A DNA stretch of 64,000 bases from Verrucomicrobiota bacterium (GCA_027622665.1 JAQBYT010000001.1:64001-128000), one strand, 5' to 3'. Shown: positions 22,883 to 33,184, numbered from the stretch's first letter. Made by a program: numbers and translations. Notes: generated from the letters alone by a model not told the origin.

Positions 22883-22906
22883 TACACCGAAGCAGCCAAA
22901 AACGGC

Positions 22907-23083
22907 TTAGAGTTCGAGATCGAGAACTTGTCGTCCGCGATACTGTCCTGTTTCCGGGTTCACATGGTGAGAACGGATAACGGAACCGTCCGCATCCTTG
23001 GCAAGTTGTGGTGCGATGAAACGATTAGCTCCACGCCTTTTACGGCTACGTTGCTTGGATTGTTTGCGCTTTGGTTGGCCCAT
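22907..23083 (-). CDS. rpmF: 50S ribosomal protein L32 (Cys-free type; not in the ORF track)
   Basis: Translates as MGQPKRKQSKQRSRKRRGANRFIAPQLAKDADGSVIRSHHVNPETGQYRGRQVLDLEL (58 aa), in the canonical rpmF-plsX-fabH order. Confidence 0.93.
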   Translation of the reverse strand: MGQPKRKQSKQRSRKRRGANRFIAPQLAKDADGSVIRSHHVNPETGQYRGRQVLDLEL

Positions 23084-23175
23084 GGTGAATGGAATTGGTA
23101 GGTATTAAAAGTCTGCTTCCTCTTTGAAAACATTCTTATAAAATCACTTCATGGGCCGGCAGTCAAGCTCACGAA

Positions 23176-24129
23176 CTAAACAAGCATATCCATTCCAATC
23201 ATCACAAAAATAACCGCTGCGAGCACAATTCGATACCAAGCAAACAAGGCTAAGCCTCGTCGAGACAGAAAACCGACCAACCATCGAACGGCCAAGGCTG
23301 CGGAAACGCCCGCAACGAGACAACCAAATAAAACAGGGCCAAGCTCAAGGTGCTCAATCATTTCGCCACCTCTGGTAACTGTCTTGTAGCCTGCCGCCGC
23401 CGTCAAAGTAACCAGTCCAAGCAAAAAGCTGAATTCCGCCGCTTGTGCAGGACGCAATCCAACTAGGTACCCGCCAACGATAGTCATCATGGAACGACTT
23501 GTGCCCGGCCACATCGCCACGCATTGCAGGAGGCCAATGACAAAAGCGTCAATTGGTCGCATATTACTAAGCTCCGTCGATGCGCCAGAGGCGTCGACTC
23601 GTTCGCGGTTGGCTCTCATTCGCTCGGCAGCGAACATAAGGGCAGCACCGCCAAGCAAAGCAATCGCCACAGGTAGCGCCCCAAAAAGTTTTTGCTCGAT
23701 GACTTCATCAAGAAAAGGGCCGATTGCGGCTGCAGGAAAAAACGCCAACAATACATTACGTGCCAGAGCTCGCCCACGAGGGTCAAGCCCAAGTAAGCCC
23801 AAGCCCATCGCCCAGACATCCCTCCAATACAATAACGCAACTGCAAGAATGGCTCCGGCCTGTATCACTATCAAATACGCATTTAAGGCTGACTGAACTT
23901 CCTCCTCATTTGCTTTGCCCATCCATTCTTTAGTTAGAATCAAGTGACCGGTAGACGAAACTGGCAAAAATTCCGTAATACCTTCCACCAAACCATAAAT
24001 CAAAGCATCACCGTAATCCAAAGCCGAGTGCTGATCCGGATTCACTAAAGTGGAATTATTCTCAACGCCGGAAGCAGACGTCGGAATTCCAAATACAGAG
24101 AAAAATAAGATTCCAAGAAAACTTCGCAT
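23176..24129 (-). CDS. uppP: Undecaprenyl-diphosphatase
   Basis: GLVEGITEFLPVSSTGHL, IQAGAILAV, PGTSRS, AAEFSFLLG. Start placed at ATG 24129. Confidence 0.93.
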   Translation of the reverse strand: MRSFLGILFFSVFGIPTSASGVENNSTLVNPDQHSALDYGDALIYGLVEGITEFLPVSSTGHLILTKEWMGKANEEEVQSALNAYLIVIQAGAILAVALLYWRDVWAMGLGLLGLDPRGRALARNVLLAFFPAAAIGPFLDEVIEQKLFGALPVAIALLGGAALMFAAERMRANRERVDASGASTELSNMRPIDAFVIGLLQCVAMWPGTSRSMMTIVGGYLVGLRPAQAAEFSFLLGLVTLTAAAGYKTVTRGGEMIEHLELGPVLFGCLVAGVSAALAVRWLVGFLSRRGLALFAWYRIVLAAVIFVMIGMDMLV

Positions 24130-24253
24130 CCTGTAAAGCTTCAAGCGACTTTTGACCTGCCTTGGCAAGATTGAAAACCGCGAGTCTTGGCAAAACGGCA
24201 ATCCATCTGTTTTACTTGCGAACATTCGAACTCCAATCAACCTGTCGATTAAA

Positions 24254-25315
24254 ATGACTGAAACGACTCTAAACAATTTCTCCGACAAAGCTGAATCGGG
24301 CAATGACCTGGACGAGACTGAGATTGAGGCTGCCTCGGACCTTCTCGCTTCGCCTGACCCGGATGCCGCGGACAAAGAACGGTTCCTTCTGGCACTGGCA
24401 GATAAAGGCGAGTCCCCCGAGGAGGTTGCCGCATTCGCATCTAGGTTTCGAGAATTGGCGAGAGATCCGGGACTTGATAGTCTAGCAAAGGCAGCCATTG
24501 ATGTCTGCGGCACTGGCGGAGATAAGTCCGGCAGTTTCAATATATCTACTTTCGTTGCCTTTACTCTTTCTGCCGGAGGTGTTCCCGTACTCAAACACGG
24601 AAACCGTTCCATTACGTCGAGATGTGGAAGCGCAGACCTCCTGGAAGGTGTTGGGATTCATCTCACTCCCTCACCTGCCACCCTGATTGCCGCGGCAAAG
24701 GAATTGGACTTCACTTTCTTTTTCGCCCCAAATTTCCATCCGGCATTCAAGGAAATTATGCCTGTCAGGCAAAATCTTGCCAGTAAAGGCCGAAGAACCG
24801 TATTCAACCTCTTGGGCCCTCTAATTAACCCGGCCCAACCCGCCCTTCAGCTATTAGGAGTTTTTTCGCCGGATTTAGTGGTGCCGATGGCGTCTACTCT
24901 GAACGCTCTCGGATTACGACGAGGGCTTGTGGTCCATGGGAAACTCGACGAAGGGCGAGGTATGGATGAAATATCCTGTGCCGGTAAAAACCTTGCTGCT
25001 GGATTCGGAGAACTTGCTGATGTTCACGAGGAGAACTGGGGGCCGGAGTCTTTTGGGTTACCATCTTGCGATGAATCCGAATTGAAAGGCGGTGATCTTT
25101 CCGACAATTTGAAAATTCTAGATGATTTACTTCATGGCCTTGCGCCCGAGGGTCTTTTATCCACCATCGCCGCAAACGCTGGCGCCGCCTTTTACATTTC
25201 GGAGAAAGCTGCAGATGTTCGTGAAGGGGCGATCATAGCGAAAGAGCTGATTTTAGGGGGACGGGTCCGGAGCTGGTTGCAAAAAGCCAAGGAGTTTTAC
25301 GCCGACCATGACTAA
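24254..25315 (+). CDS. trpD: Anthranilate phosphoribosyltransferase
   Basis: DVCGTGGD..FNIST, KHGNRSITSRCGSADLLE, RTVFNLLGPLINP. Confidence 0.96.
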   Translation: MTETTLNNFSDKAESGNDLDETEIEAASDLLASPDPDAADKERFLLALADKGESPEEVAAFASRFRELARDPGLDSLAKAAIDVCGTGGDKSGSFNISTFVAFTLSAGGVPVLKHGNRSITSRCGSADLLEGVGIHLTPSPATLIAAAKELDFTFFFAPNFHPAFKEIMPVRQNLASKGRRTVFNLLGPLINPAQPALQLLGVFSPDLVVPMASTLNALGLRRGLVVHGKLDEGRGMDEISCAGKNLAAGFGELADVHEENWGPESFGLPSCDESELKGGDLSDNLKILDDLLHGLAPEGLLSTIAANAGAAFYISEKAADVREGAIIAKELILGGRVRSWLQKAKEFYADHD

Positions 25316-26669
25316 AATCGTTAATCACCGTTTTTTCGGAACGGACGGCATCCGCGGCAAAGTTGGCGGATCTTGTATCAATCAAAACTTCGCTTACAGC
25401 CTTGGGTTGGCCATAGGTAGTTTTTTAGCCCGGAAAGACGAGCATGGCGGTACCGTCCTCATAGGCCGAGACACGCGATCATCGGGCGAAGAACTGGCTT
25501 CGGCTATCGCATCTGGCCTTTTCAATAGCGGTTTTTCTCCGATGTTGGCCGGAGTACTGCCCACGCCAGCTCTTGCCCATGCGTTAGTCGTGAACGAAAT
25601 GCGATTTGGCATTATGGTCACGGCTTCACATAATCCAGCGCCCGACAATGGTTTCAAGCTTTTCGACCATATGGGCCGCAAACTGTCAAAGGATCAAGAA
25701 TGGTTAGTCGAGGAGCACATCCTCGGGGACTCCCAAGTCCAGGTCGCGAACGAAGGATTATCGGTCAAGTCCTTTCCGCATCTAGACACTCTGCCCAGTT
25801 ACCGAGACCACATCTTGGGCATATTGCCGGAAAACGCTCTTAGCGATTTCAGAATCGTGGCCGACCTCTCCAACGGCGCAACTACAGTCACTACGCCCGA
25901 AATCCTAAGAGAATTGGGTGCCGAGGTAATTACCATTGCGGATGGTGAAGGCGCCATCAATCATAAGGTCGGAAGCGAGCATCCGAAAGTACTTGCTGAA
26001 AAAGTAAAGGCAACGCAAGCCAACATAGGTCTAGCCCACGACGGCGACGGCGACCGCGTAATTCTATGCGACGACCAAGGGAAAGTCGTCCATGGCGATA
26101 AACTCCTCGGCCTCCTAGCCTTGCATGCAAAAAGAACAGGCAAGCTTTCGGGCAATGTCCTTGTTGCCACAGTCCAGAGTAATTCTGGTCTGGAACGCAG
26201 TCTGAATAACTTGGATGTCCGTCTTGCTCGTTCAGAGGTTGGCGATCGCAATGTGGCAGAGCTCATGAGAGAGCTTGGTGGCAACTTAGGGGGTGAATCA
26301 TCGGGTCATATTATTGCCAGTGATCATCTTCCATCGGGTGACGGGTTGCTCAGTTTTCTTCTTGCATCACAAGCCATGCTTGAAACGGATTCCCCGCTAT
26401 CAGTTCTTGCGGATGAAATCGATCTAGCTCCATGCATTGAGAATGCTTACCGCGTTCTAGAGAAAACTCCGCTCGAATCATTGCCCGAGCTGATGGAAAT
26501 CGTGACCCGTGAAGAACAAAGTTTAGGAAAAGAAGGGCGTGTCCTTCTTCGTTACTCTGGAACCGAACTTAAAATTCGTCTTCTGGTGGAGGCTCTCGCC
26601 TCAAACCAAGCAGAAGAAGTTTTCCTTACCTTGGAACAAGCGTTACGAAAAGCATTGAGATTTGCGTAA
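25308..26669 (+). CDS. glmM: Phosphoglucosamine mutase
   Basis: FGTDGIRG, TASHNP, DGDGDR, GGESSGH, RYSGTE. Confidence 0.93.
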   Translation: MTKIVNHRFFGTDGIRGKVGGSCINQNFAYSLGLAIGSFLARKDEHGGTVLIGRDTRSSGEELASAIASGLFNSGFSPMLAGVLPTPALAHALVVNEMRFGIMVTASHNPAPDNGFKLFDHMGRKLSKDQEWLVEEHILGDSQVQVANEGLSVKSFPHLDTLPSYRDHILGILPENALSDFRIVADLSNGATTVTTPEILRELGAEVITIADGEGAINHKVGSEHPKVLAEKVKATQANIGLAHDGDGDRVILCDDQGKVVHGDKLLGLLALHAKRTGKLSGNVLVATVQSNSGLERSLNNLDVRLARSEVGDRNVAELMRELGGNLGGESSGHIIASDHLPSGDGLLSFLLASQAMLETDSPLSVLADEIDLAPCIENAYRVLEKTPLESLPELMEIVTREEQSLGKEGRVLLRYSGTELKIRLLVEALASNQAEEVFLTLEQALRKALRFA

Positions 26670-26730
26670 AACATGGTGCTATTGAACTTTTGACTAACTC
26701 ACTTCTAGCCCTGACACCTAATTCTTTATA

Positions 26731-28143
26731 TTGATTGAGGAAACTTCCATCGCGGATTTGGATCCCCGGCAAATCAAACAGCTCCAAGCTGCGGAGACTG
26801 CGGAAAGAACCAACCCGAGCTACGCACTGGAAATCTATGGATCTGTCCTTAGGCAAGTCCAGGGTTGTCTGGAACTTCGGAAAAAACTGCGAGCCCTTCA
26901 GATCAAGGTTACCGGTGGCAATACCAAAGGTTTCTCAAAGTTCTTGGGGAAAGTAACCGCAGCTCCTTTTCGAATGGGAAACAAGGCTGAAAAAGATCCC
27001 GAGGGCTCCTTGGTTAAGGCAGAAGAATTCATTGCTAAGAGCCCTGGAAATGTGATCGCTCACCAGTTGCTGGCAGATGCTTCAGCCAACCTCGAGATGC
27101 ACAAAACCGTGATATTTGCCTATGAAACCATCTACAAACTAGAACCAGGCAACATACTAAACCTCAAAGACTTAGGTCGTTCCTACCTAGTTGTGGGAGA
27201 TACGGAAAACGCTATTAAGACAGGCAATGCCATCTTGAGCAAAAGCCCTGGCGACGGTGACGCAGAGGATCTTATGAAGAAAGCATCCGTTGCCATTGCA
27301 ATGCACAAGGGAAAGTGGGAGGAGTCCGAAGACTATCGAACTCAGCTAAAAGACGAAAAAGAAGCTCAATCTCTTGAACAAGCAAGCAAGTCCGTTAACG
27401 ACGCCAAAGGCCTCGAAGATCTTATTCAGCAAACATACGAAGAACTGCAGGCTCAGCCCGAAAACTTAAACAACTATCGCCAGCTCAGCGATCTCTATCA
27501 TCGTGCAGGAGATATCGAAAACGCCATAGCTTGGATTCAGGAGGCTCGCAAGCACGAGGCTGGTCAATCGGATGTTTCACTCGAGAACAAGGAGCGGGAA
27601 CTAACCCTCGAATATTACGATGATTCCATTGATCAATGGAAAGCAGCGCTCGCCGCCGAACCCGAAGATGCTGACAATCAATCCGGATTAGACCAAACGA
27701 TCGCCACAAAAGCCGAATATCATCGTAAGCAAATCGAATCTCTCGTCGAGCGATACCCGAACGATTACGGTTATCGCTATGAACTCGGTCGCCTGCTTTA
27801 CGATGCAGCGGATTACGATGGTGCGATATCTCAATTTCAGCTCGCTCAACGAAACGCCAACGTACGTCTCGATTCAATCATGTATCTTGGCCGTGCCTAC
27901 AGACGCAAAAAATTCTTTGATATGGCAATTGAACAGTTCTGTGCATTGAAGAGGGAGTTACAAGTCATGGACGACCGAAAAAAGCAAGCAATCTACGAAC
28001 TCGGTTGCTGTCTGGAGGCAATGGAAAAACACGATGCCGCAATCGAGGAATTCAAGTTGGTGTATTCCGCTGATATCTCTTATCGTGACGTCTCACAAAA
28101 AATCGACGCCTTTTATTCATCAAAGCAAAGCAAAGCACTCTAG
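26731..28143 (+). CDS. Tetratricopeptide repeat protein
   Basis: Multiple TPR-like helical pairs (YPNDYGYRYELG, AIYELGCCLE) and the C-terminal DISYRDVSQKI. Confidence 0.75.
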   Translation: MIEETSIADLDPRQIKQLQAAETAERTNPSYALEIYGSVLRQVQGCLELRKKLRALQIKVTGGNTKGFSKFLGKVTAAPFRMGNKAEKDPEGSLVKAEEFIAKSPGNVIAHQLLADASANLEMHKTVIFAYETIYKLEPGNILNLKDLGRSYLVVGDTENAIKTGNAILSKSPGDGDAEDLMKKASVAIAMHKGKWEESEDYRTQLKDEKEAQSLEQASKSVNDAKGLEDLIQQTYEELQAQPENLNNYRQLSDLYHRAGDIENAIAWIQEARKHEAGQSDVSLENKERELTLEYYDDSIDQWKAALAAEPEDADNQSGLDQTIATKAEYHRKQIESLVERYPNDYGYRYELGRLLYDAADYDGAISQFQLAQRNANVRLDSIMYLGRAYRRKKFFDMAIEQFCALKRELQVMDDRKKQAIYELGCCLEAMEKHDAAIEEFKLVYSADISYRDVSQKIDAFYSSKQSKAL

Positions 28144-28201
28144 GTAATTCGTTTTTTTCGGCCAGTAGAGGCTCTGGTTCATCAGAAAGTGTCTTGAACA
28201 A

Positions 28202-29062
28202 TTACAAATCTATCTCCAATACTGCTTCTAGAGCGTGAGAGCCATGGGGATCAAAATCATTGGTGGAAGCTGTAGAAAAGTACTTGTATCCGAACCGACC
28301 TGATAAGCTTTCAGTAAAACGGTGTCCTAGCCCCGTTGACAATTGGTAAGCGAGAAGATTCTTTTTGTAACTCCAATAGCCGGAAGGGCGTTGGATCTTA
28401 ACCAAACTAGGACCCAAACCGACTCCAATGTAAAAGACATTGGATTCCCAGAAACCTACTTCCCACTCACCATTAATCATTAGGGTGTTTAATTCGGCAT
28501 GCCCCTTGCCGGATTCGGAATTATCGTAACTGCGATGAGACAACTCCATGCCCATCCGCCAGTTACCAGAATCGATGCCTGCTCCAGCGCCAACGGAATA
28601 TCCGTTGTCGTAGTCGGCCACTTTGTTTTCAGGCGATATGTGAGCGTTATTTGGCATTACATATCCGCTGAAAATTTGGAAATAATAGGTATTGTTCTTA
28701 CTAATTTCTACATGCCTTGTGGGGATTGGAGTATAAGTTTGCTTATTAGGAAGTCTTTGTTTTGGTGCGATGGGTGGCGGGGCATGAGTTTTACCGGTCG
28801 AGTGGGCAGGTTCTGGCGGGGCAGCGGGTATCTTTAATCGCACGGGCAACTGTTTACCTGCTTGGAGAGCTTTGAGTCTGGCTTGAGCTTGCTCCATTAC
28901 TTCAGAGTGGCGTTGCAAACGCAGTTCATTTTCATGAAGTCGTCGTTGCAACTCAGCTGCCTTTTCGTCTAAGTCTGCAATGCGCTCTTGAAAACTCTGG
29001 GCGTTAGCGGCTATAGAAACTGCGAACAAAAAAACGGAAATCCGTATCGACTGCATTATCAT
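28202..29062 (-). CDS. Outer membrane beta-barrel protein with N-terminal coiled coil and Pro-rich linker
   Basis: Signal peptide, heptad coiled coil, then OmpW/Opacity-like strands (FYIGVGLG, LAYQLSTGLG, RFGYKYF). Confidence 0.65.
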   Translation of the reverse strand: MIMQSIRISVFLFAVSIAANAQSFQERIADLDEKAAELQRRLHENELRLQRHSEVMEQAQARLKALQAGKQLPVRLKIPAAPPEPAHSTGKTHAPPPIAPKQRLPNKQTYTPIPTRHVEISKNNTYYFQIFSGYVMPNNAHISPENKVADYDNGYSVGAGAGIDSGNWRMGMELSHRSYDNSESGKGHAELNTLMINGEWEVGFWESNVFYIGVGLGPSLVKIQRPSGYWSYKKNLLAYQLSTGLGHRFTESLSGRFGYKYFSTASTNDFDPHGSHALEAVLEIDL

Positions 29063-29138
29063 GAACTGGCTTTCCTTTGATGTTTGTTGATTGGAATAGA
29101 CTCTTCTTACCAAAACTTTTCATTTAATCAGTTGCAAG

Positions 29139-29447
29139 ATGAAAAATAATGGAGAAACAGAACCCGTAGAAATCCCAATTGACGGAACACTCGATCTCCA
29201 TGGGTTTCGTCCCGCCGATATTGGCGACCTCGTGGAGGCTTACTTATGCGAATGTCGCTTGCGCGGGATGTTACACGGTCGTCTAATCCATGGAAAAGGA
29301 ATCGGAACTTTGCGTGAAACCGTACATGCGACCCTTCGCAGGTTATCGTTCGTAAAGAGTTTCCGCCTCGGAGACGAGTCTTCAGGTTCTTGGGGCGCAA
29401 CCCTTTTCGAGCTTCAACCTAAAGACAAACAGACGGAGACAAATTGA
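29139..29447 (+). CDS. Stand-alone Smr domain protein
   Basis: LDLHG, LIHGKGIGTLR, GSWGAT. Confidence 0.9.
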   Translation: MKNNGETEPVEIPIDGTLDLHGFRPADIGDLVEAYLCECRLRGMLHGRLIHGKGIGTLRETVHATLRRLSFVKSFRLGDESSGSWGATLFELQPKDKQTETN

Positions 29448-29564
29448 CTCCAGTGGGTTCGGTCATCCTTCCTTGTAGTCATAAAAGTGGGATTAAGGCA
29501 CATTGTGGCCGCACGAAAATGTGTTAAGTTACTTACTGGCAATATTTTGACAAGTTTCAGATTC

Positions 29565-29580
29565 TGGCTAAAATTTTGCA
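29565..29580 (+). promoter_or_regulatory. Putative sigma54 promoter of hsp20
   Basis: TGGCTAAAATTTTGCA = GG-N10-GC. SD AAGGAGG at 29611-29617. Confidence 0.65.
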
Positions 29581-29625
29581 TGATTATTGACTCTAACCCA
29601 TCTAAAATCAAAGGAGGAAATAATT

Positions 29626-30057
29626 ATGCGTATAAATCATCACAACATCACCAGTTCACTTGAGAATGAATTGAATCAATTTCTTAAACTTGGTCGCACG
29701 TTCGTCCCACTTGCTCAGGCCTTTTGGGAATCCTTAACTCATTATGATCAAAGTGAACCTCGAGCACCTATTAAGTGGGTTGACCAAGAAGACCGCGATG
29801 AAACCTTTCTGTCCTTGCCTGGTTTTTCGAAAAAAGAGGTTTCAATCAAGTTGGAGAGGGATCTTCGCTTAATTTCTGGAGAGAAAGTGGACGGGGTGGT
29901 AAACTCGATTGTCAATGAACCAAATGGTTCCCACTCTCTTAACCTGCCTGACGGCGTAGAAATCGATAAGGCGAAGGCTACTCTCTCTAACGGAGTTCTT
30001 GCCATCATGTTCCCGAGGTCCGCAAAAGCGAAGCCAAGAAAAATCAAGAGTTCTTAG
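29626..30057 (+). CDS. Small heat shock protein (Hsp20)
   Basis: LPGFSKKEV, LNLPDGVE..AKATLSNGVLAI, C-terminal PRKIK; strong SD upstream. Confidence 0.85.
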   Translation: MRINHHNITSSLENELNQFLKLGRTFVPLAQAFWESLTHYDQSEPRAPIKWVDQEDRDETFLSLPGFSKKEVSIKLERDLRLISGEKVDGVVNSIVNEPNGSHSLNLPDGVEIDKAKATLSNGVLAIMFPRSAKAKPRKIKSS

Positions 30058-30154
30058 ATTTAGGCATCGGGTATAGTTTTAACATGGGCACGGGGGGCGA
30101 GTCTCACGAATCACCCCTAGTTGTTTGCTCGCGTTTCTCACTTTTCGAGTTTTG

Positions 30155-32695
30155 ATGGATATCAGTTCCGTCATGCAGAGAGAGCTTCCCATTGTTTCTA
30201 GAGTCGACGATATCGTTTCCGCCGCCCGTGGTGAGCGGCGTCTGGTTGTTACCGCTCCAACGGGTTCGGGGAAGTCGACCCAATTACCCCAAATGTTGCT
30301 CGACTCCGGGTCTTTCCCTGACCAAATTGTAGTTCTTGAGCCACGCCGGCTTGCCGCCCGCATGCTTGCACGGCGCGTGGCGAGTGAACGGAGCAGTTCC
30401 GTTGGGCAAGAGGTTGGTTATCAGGTACGTTTCGACAATCAAACATCTTCCGCAACCAAAATCGCATATGTCACCGAAGGTTTGCTTTTACGACGAATGT
30501 TGGCACGACCTGATCTTGCGGGTATTTCCGCTCTCATATTTGATGAGTTTCACGAGCGCAGCCTGGAGTCTGATCTTACTCTCGCTTTGGCCAAAACCAT
30601 CCAAGAGACTTCGCGACCCGATCTCGCTTTAGTAGTGACTTCAGCGACCATTTCAACAGAGCCGCTTTGTGAATACCTTGGCTCTTGTCCTGTAGTTCAG
30701 GTTGATGGTCGCTCTTTCCCTGTTGAGGTTTCTTTTGCGGGTGCCGGCAGGGATGAACCTCCATGGCAGAGAGCCGCAAAACAAGTGATCCGCCTCTCCT
30801 CGGAATACAATGGGGATTTTCTCGTCTTTATGCCGGGTGCGTTCGAAATCCGAAAAACCATAGAAGAATTGAGCCGTTCCCATCACATGAAAGGATTCGA
30901 TCTTCTACCCCTTTACGGCGACTTGCCACCGGACCGGCAGGATGCGGCCATTCGCAAAAGTGAACGTCGCAAAGTGGTGGTAGCGACCAATGTGGCGGAA
31001 ACCTCCCTAACTATTGATGGCGTGCGAGTGGTTGTCGACTCGGGCTTAGCGAAAAAAGCGAGTTTTGATCCGAGACGTGGTATAAATGCCCTTTTGACGG
31101 AGCCAATCAGTCGTGCATCGGCGGACCAACGAACTGGCCGAGCCGGTAGAACTGCTCCTGGCTTTTGTTTGAGGCTTTGGGGAGAAAAGGAGCACGAACA
31201 CCGACCTGCGGCGGAAACCCCTGAAGTTTGCCGTTTGGATTTTGCTGAAACGATGCTGAGTTTATTGGCCGCCGGGCAAGAACCTTCAACAGTCTGTTGG
31301 TTTGAACAACCCACAGAATTAGCCCTCGAAAAAGCCCAAAGTCTACTGGCTGATCTCGGAGCTCTAGACATGGATGGATCCATAACGAACCGAGGGAGGG
31401 AAATGGCCGCTTTCCCTCTGCACCCACGTCATGCCCGAGCATTGCTCGAAGCTCGAGATCGAGATTGCCTTCCTGCCGTTGCCCTTGCTTTGGCTCTAAG
31501 TCAAGATCGTCCGATTTTGCTACCTTTGCGCGATAAACGCCTCGAGAAAGAGCGGGAAGATCTTTTAGATGCCGATCAAGATGAAATCGCCACTGATTTT
31601 TTTCGTGTGCTGCGTGCTTGGAGTTTAGTAGCCGAACGAAACTTCGATCCTTCGCTCTGTCGAGATATCGGCATCCATGCAGGCCGTTGCCGAGATGCCT
31701 CCCGCCTTTCTCAACGCTATCTGTCTCTTGCCGGCATAAACCACGATGACGATCTGTCATGCTCTCCTGCAGACTTAGCTAAATGCCTGTTGTGCGCTTT
31801 TCCCGATCATATCGGCAAGCGTCGCAACTCAGGGATGCTCGTATATGCTCTTTCAAATGGAAAAAATGGCGAGCTTCGTCGGCAGAGCGCCGCCCGCGAT
31901 GCCGACCTTCTTGTTGCCGCGGAATTAGATGAAATTGAAATGCGCGGAGACGTGGGCCTCGTTTTGAGTCTCGCCACGGAGATTCGCGAGGAGTGGCTCG
32001 AGGAAATATTTCCAAAAAGTTTTTCACATCGAGAGGAAACTCATTTTGACGAAGAATCCCGAATTGTTGTATGCCGACGGATTAAAAAGTTTCGCGACCT
32101 CGTTCTCTCGGAGGAAAAATCCGGGGAACCCACTTCCGAGGATGCTGCTCGCGTTCTTGCTGCGGAAGTCTTGTCAGGGCGTTTGCGGCTAAAGCATTGG
32201 AATGCCAAATGCGATCGTTTTGTAGCGCGCATAAACTTTGCCGCGACCCAATGTCCTGAGCTTGAAATTAAGCCTATCGACGATGCCGCCCGTCGCCTGG
32301 TGCTAGAGCAGTTTTGCCTCGGCGACAAAAGTTGGCGCTCTGTTCGCAACAAGGATGTATTTCCCTTTCTGTGCGAATGGTTATCACGCGAACAACGAAC
32401 CGCGTTGGATCAACTTGTTCCGGAGGAGATCAATCTTCCCGCCAGGAAAAGCCCTGCTCGACTTCGCTTCGACGAGGATGGCGAAGTTACCCTCGCCGCC
32501 ACCGTCCAAGACTTGTACGATCTCGACAACACGCCGACGATTGCCAGTGGAAACTATCTTTTGCGAGTAGAGGTACTGGCTCCCAATCGCAGACCCGTTC
32601 AAGTGACTCGTGACCTTGCCGCCTTTTGGAAAGATTCTTATTCGACGATTAAGAATGAGCTTGCAGGTCGATACCCCAAGCACGAATGGCGCTGA
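30155..32695 (+). CDS. hrpB: ATP-dependent RNA helicase HrpB
   Basis: APTGSGKST, DEFHERS, ATNVAETSLTIDG, QRTGRAGR, and the C-terminal LAPNRRPVQVTRDL..GRYPKHEW. Confidence 0.96.
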   Translation: MDISSVMQRELPIVSRVDDIVSAARGERRLVVTAPTGSGKSTQLPQMLLDSGSFPDQIVVLEPRRLAARMLARRVASERSSSVGQEVGYQVRFDNQTSSATKIAYVTEGLLLRRMLARPDLAGISALIFDEFHERSLESDLTLALAKTIQETSRPDLALVVTSATISTEPLCEYLGSCPVVQVDGRSFPVEVSFAGAGRDEPPWQRAAKQVIRLSSEYNGDFLVFMPGAFEIRKTIEELSRSHHMKGFDLLPLYGDLPPDRQDAAIRKSERRKVVVATNVAETSLTIDGVRVVVDSGLAKKASFDPRRGINALLTEPISRASADQRTGRAGRTAPGFCLRLWGEKEHEHRPAAETPEVCRLDFAETMLSLLAAGQEPSTVCWFEQPTELALEKAQSLLADLGALDMDGSITNRGREMAAFPLHPRHARALLEARDRDCLPAVALALALSQDRPILLPLRDKRLEKEREDLLDADQDEIATDFFRVLRAWSLVAERNFDPSLCRDIGIHAGRCRDASRLSQRYLSLAGINHDDDLSCSPADLAKCLLCAFPDHIGKRRNSGMLVYALSNGKNGELRRQSAARDADLLVAAELDEIEMRGDVGLVLSLATEIREEWLEEIFPKSFSHREETHFDEESRIVVCRRIKKFRDLVLSEEKSGEPTSEDAARVLAAEVLSGRLRLKHWNAKCDRFVARINFAATQCPELEIKPIDDAARRLVLEQFCLGDKSWRSVRNKDVFPFLCEWLSREQRTALDQLVPEEINLPARKSPARLRFDEDGEVTLAATVQDLYDLDNTPTIASGNYLLRVEVLAPNRRPVQVTRDLAAFWKDSYSTIKNELAGRYPKHEWR

Positions 32696-33162
32696 AATTC
32701 CGCCTGGAGCGAACTCCTCTGCGACACTTGTTCGAGTCTATATACTGGCGGATTGGTGGTCTGTCTAACGATGCGAAACGAGCTGAAAGAGGTCGATACG
32801 GAGAGTGGCTTTCTCGTAGATTCCTGAAGGGCAAAGGCTACTATGTTCTCGTCGCAAACTGGCGTAACCCCATGGACCGAAGAGATGAAATCGACCTGAT
32901 CTGCAAAGATAAGGAGGTGCTGGTTTTCGTCGAGGTACGAGCTCGTTCGACCTCTTCTCTTGTTTCCGGTTACGATAGTCTTTCTCCTCGTAAGAGAAAA
33001 GTGCTTCTCAGGGTCTGCAAGGGTTATCTCAACCAACGGAAGCAAAGGCCGGATCACTTCCGTTTAGACGTAATTGAAGTCGATTTACCTTCTGGCGCCA
33101 AAGGCAAACCGGAAATTTTTCACCACGAAAACGTTGCGTTGTTCCCCCCTCGATTTCATTAG
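32686..33162 (+). CDS. YraN (UPF0102) PD-(D/E)XK-like protein
   Basis: GRYGE, EIDLI, LVFVEVRAR, RLDVIEV. Confidence 0.88.
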   Translation: MALKFRLERTPLRHLFESIYWRIGGLSNDAKRAERGRYGEWLSRRFLKGKGYYVLVANWRNPMDRRDEIDLICKDKEVLVFVEVRARSTSSLVSGYDSLSPRKRKVLLRVCKGYLNQRKQRPDHFRLDVIEVDLPSGAKGKPEIFHHENVALFPPRFH

Positions 33163-33184
33163 ATAACTGTTAATCTTAAAATTT

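Noticed and set aside
24130..24612. Long N-terminal extension of uppP overlapping trpD
   Set aside because: It is antisense to the well-supported trpD; ATG 24129 gives a sensible start.
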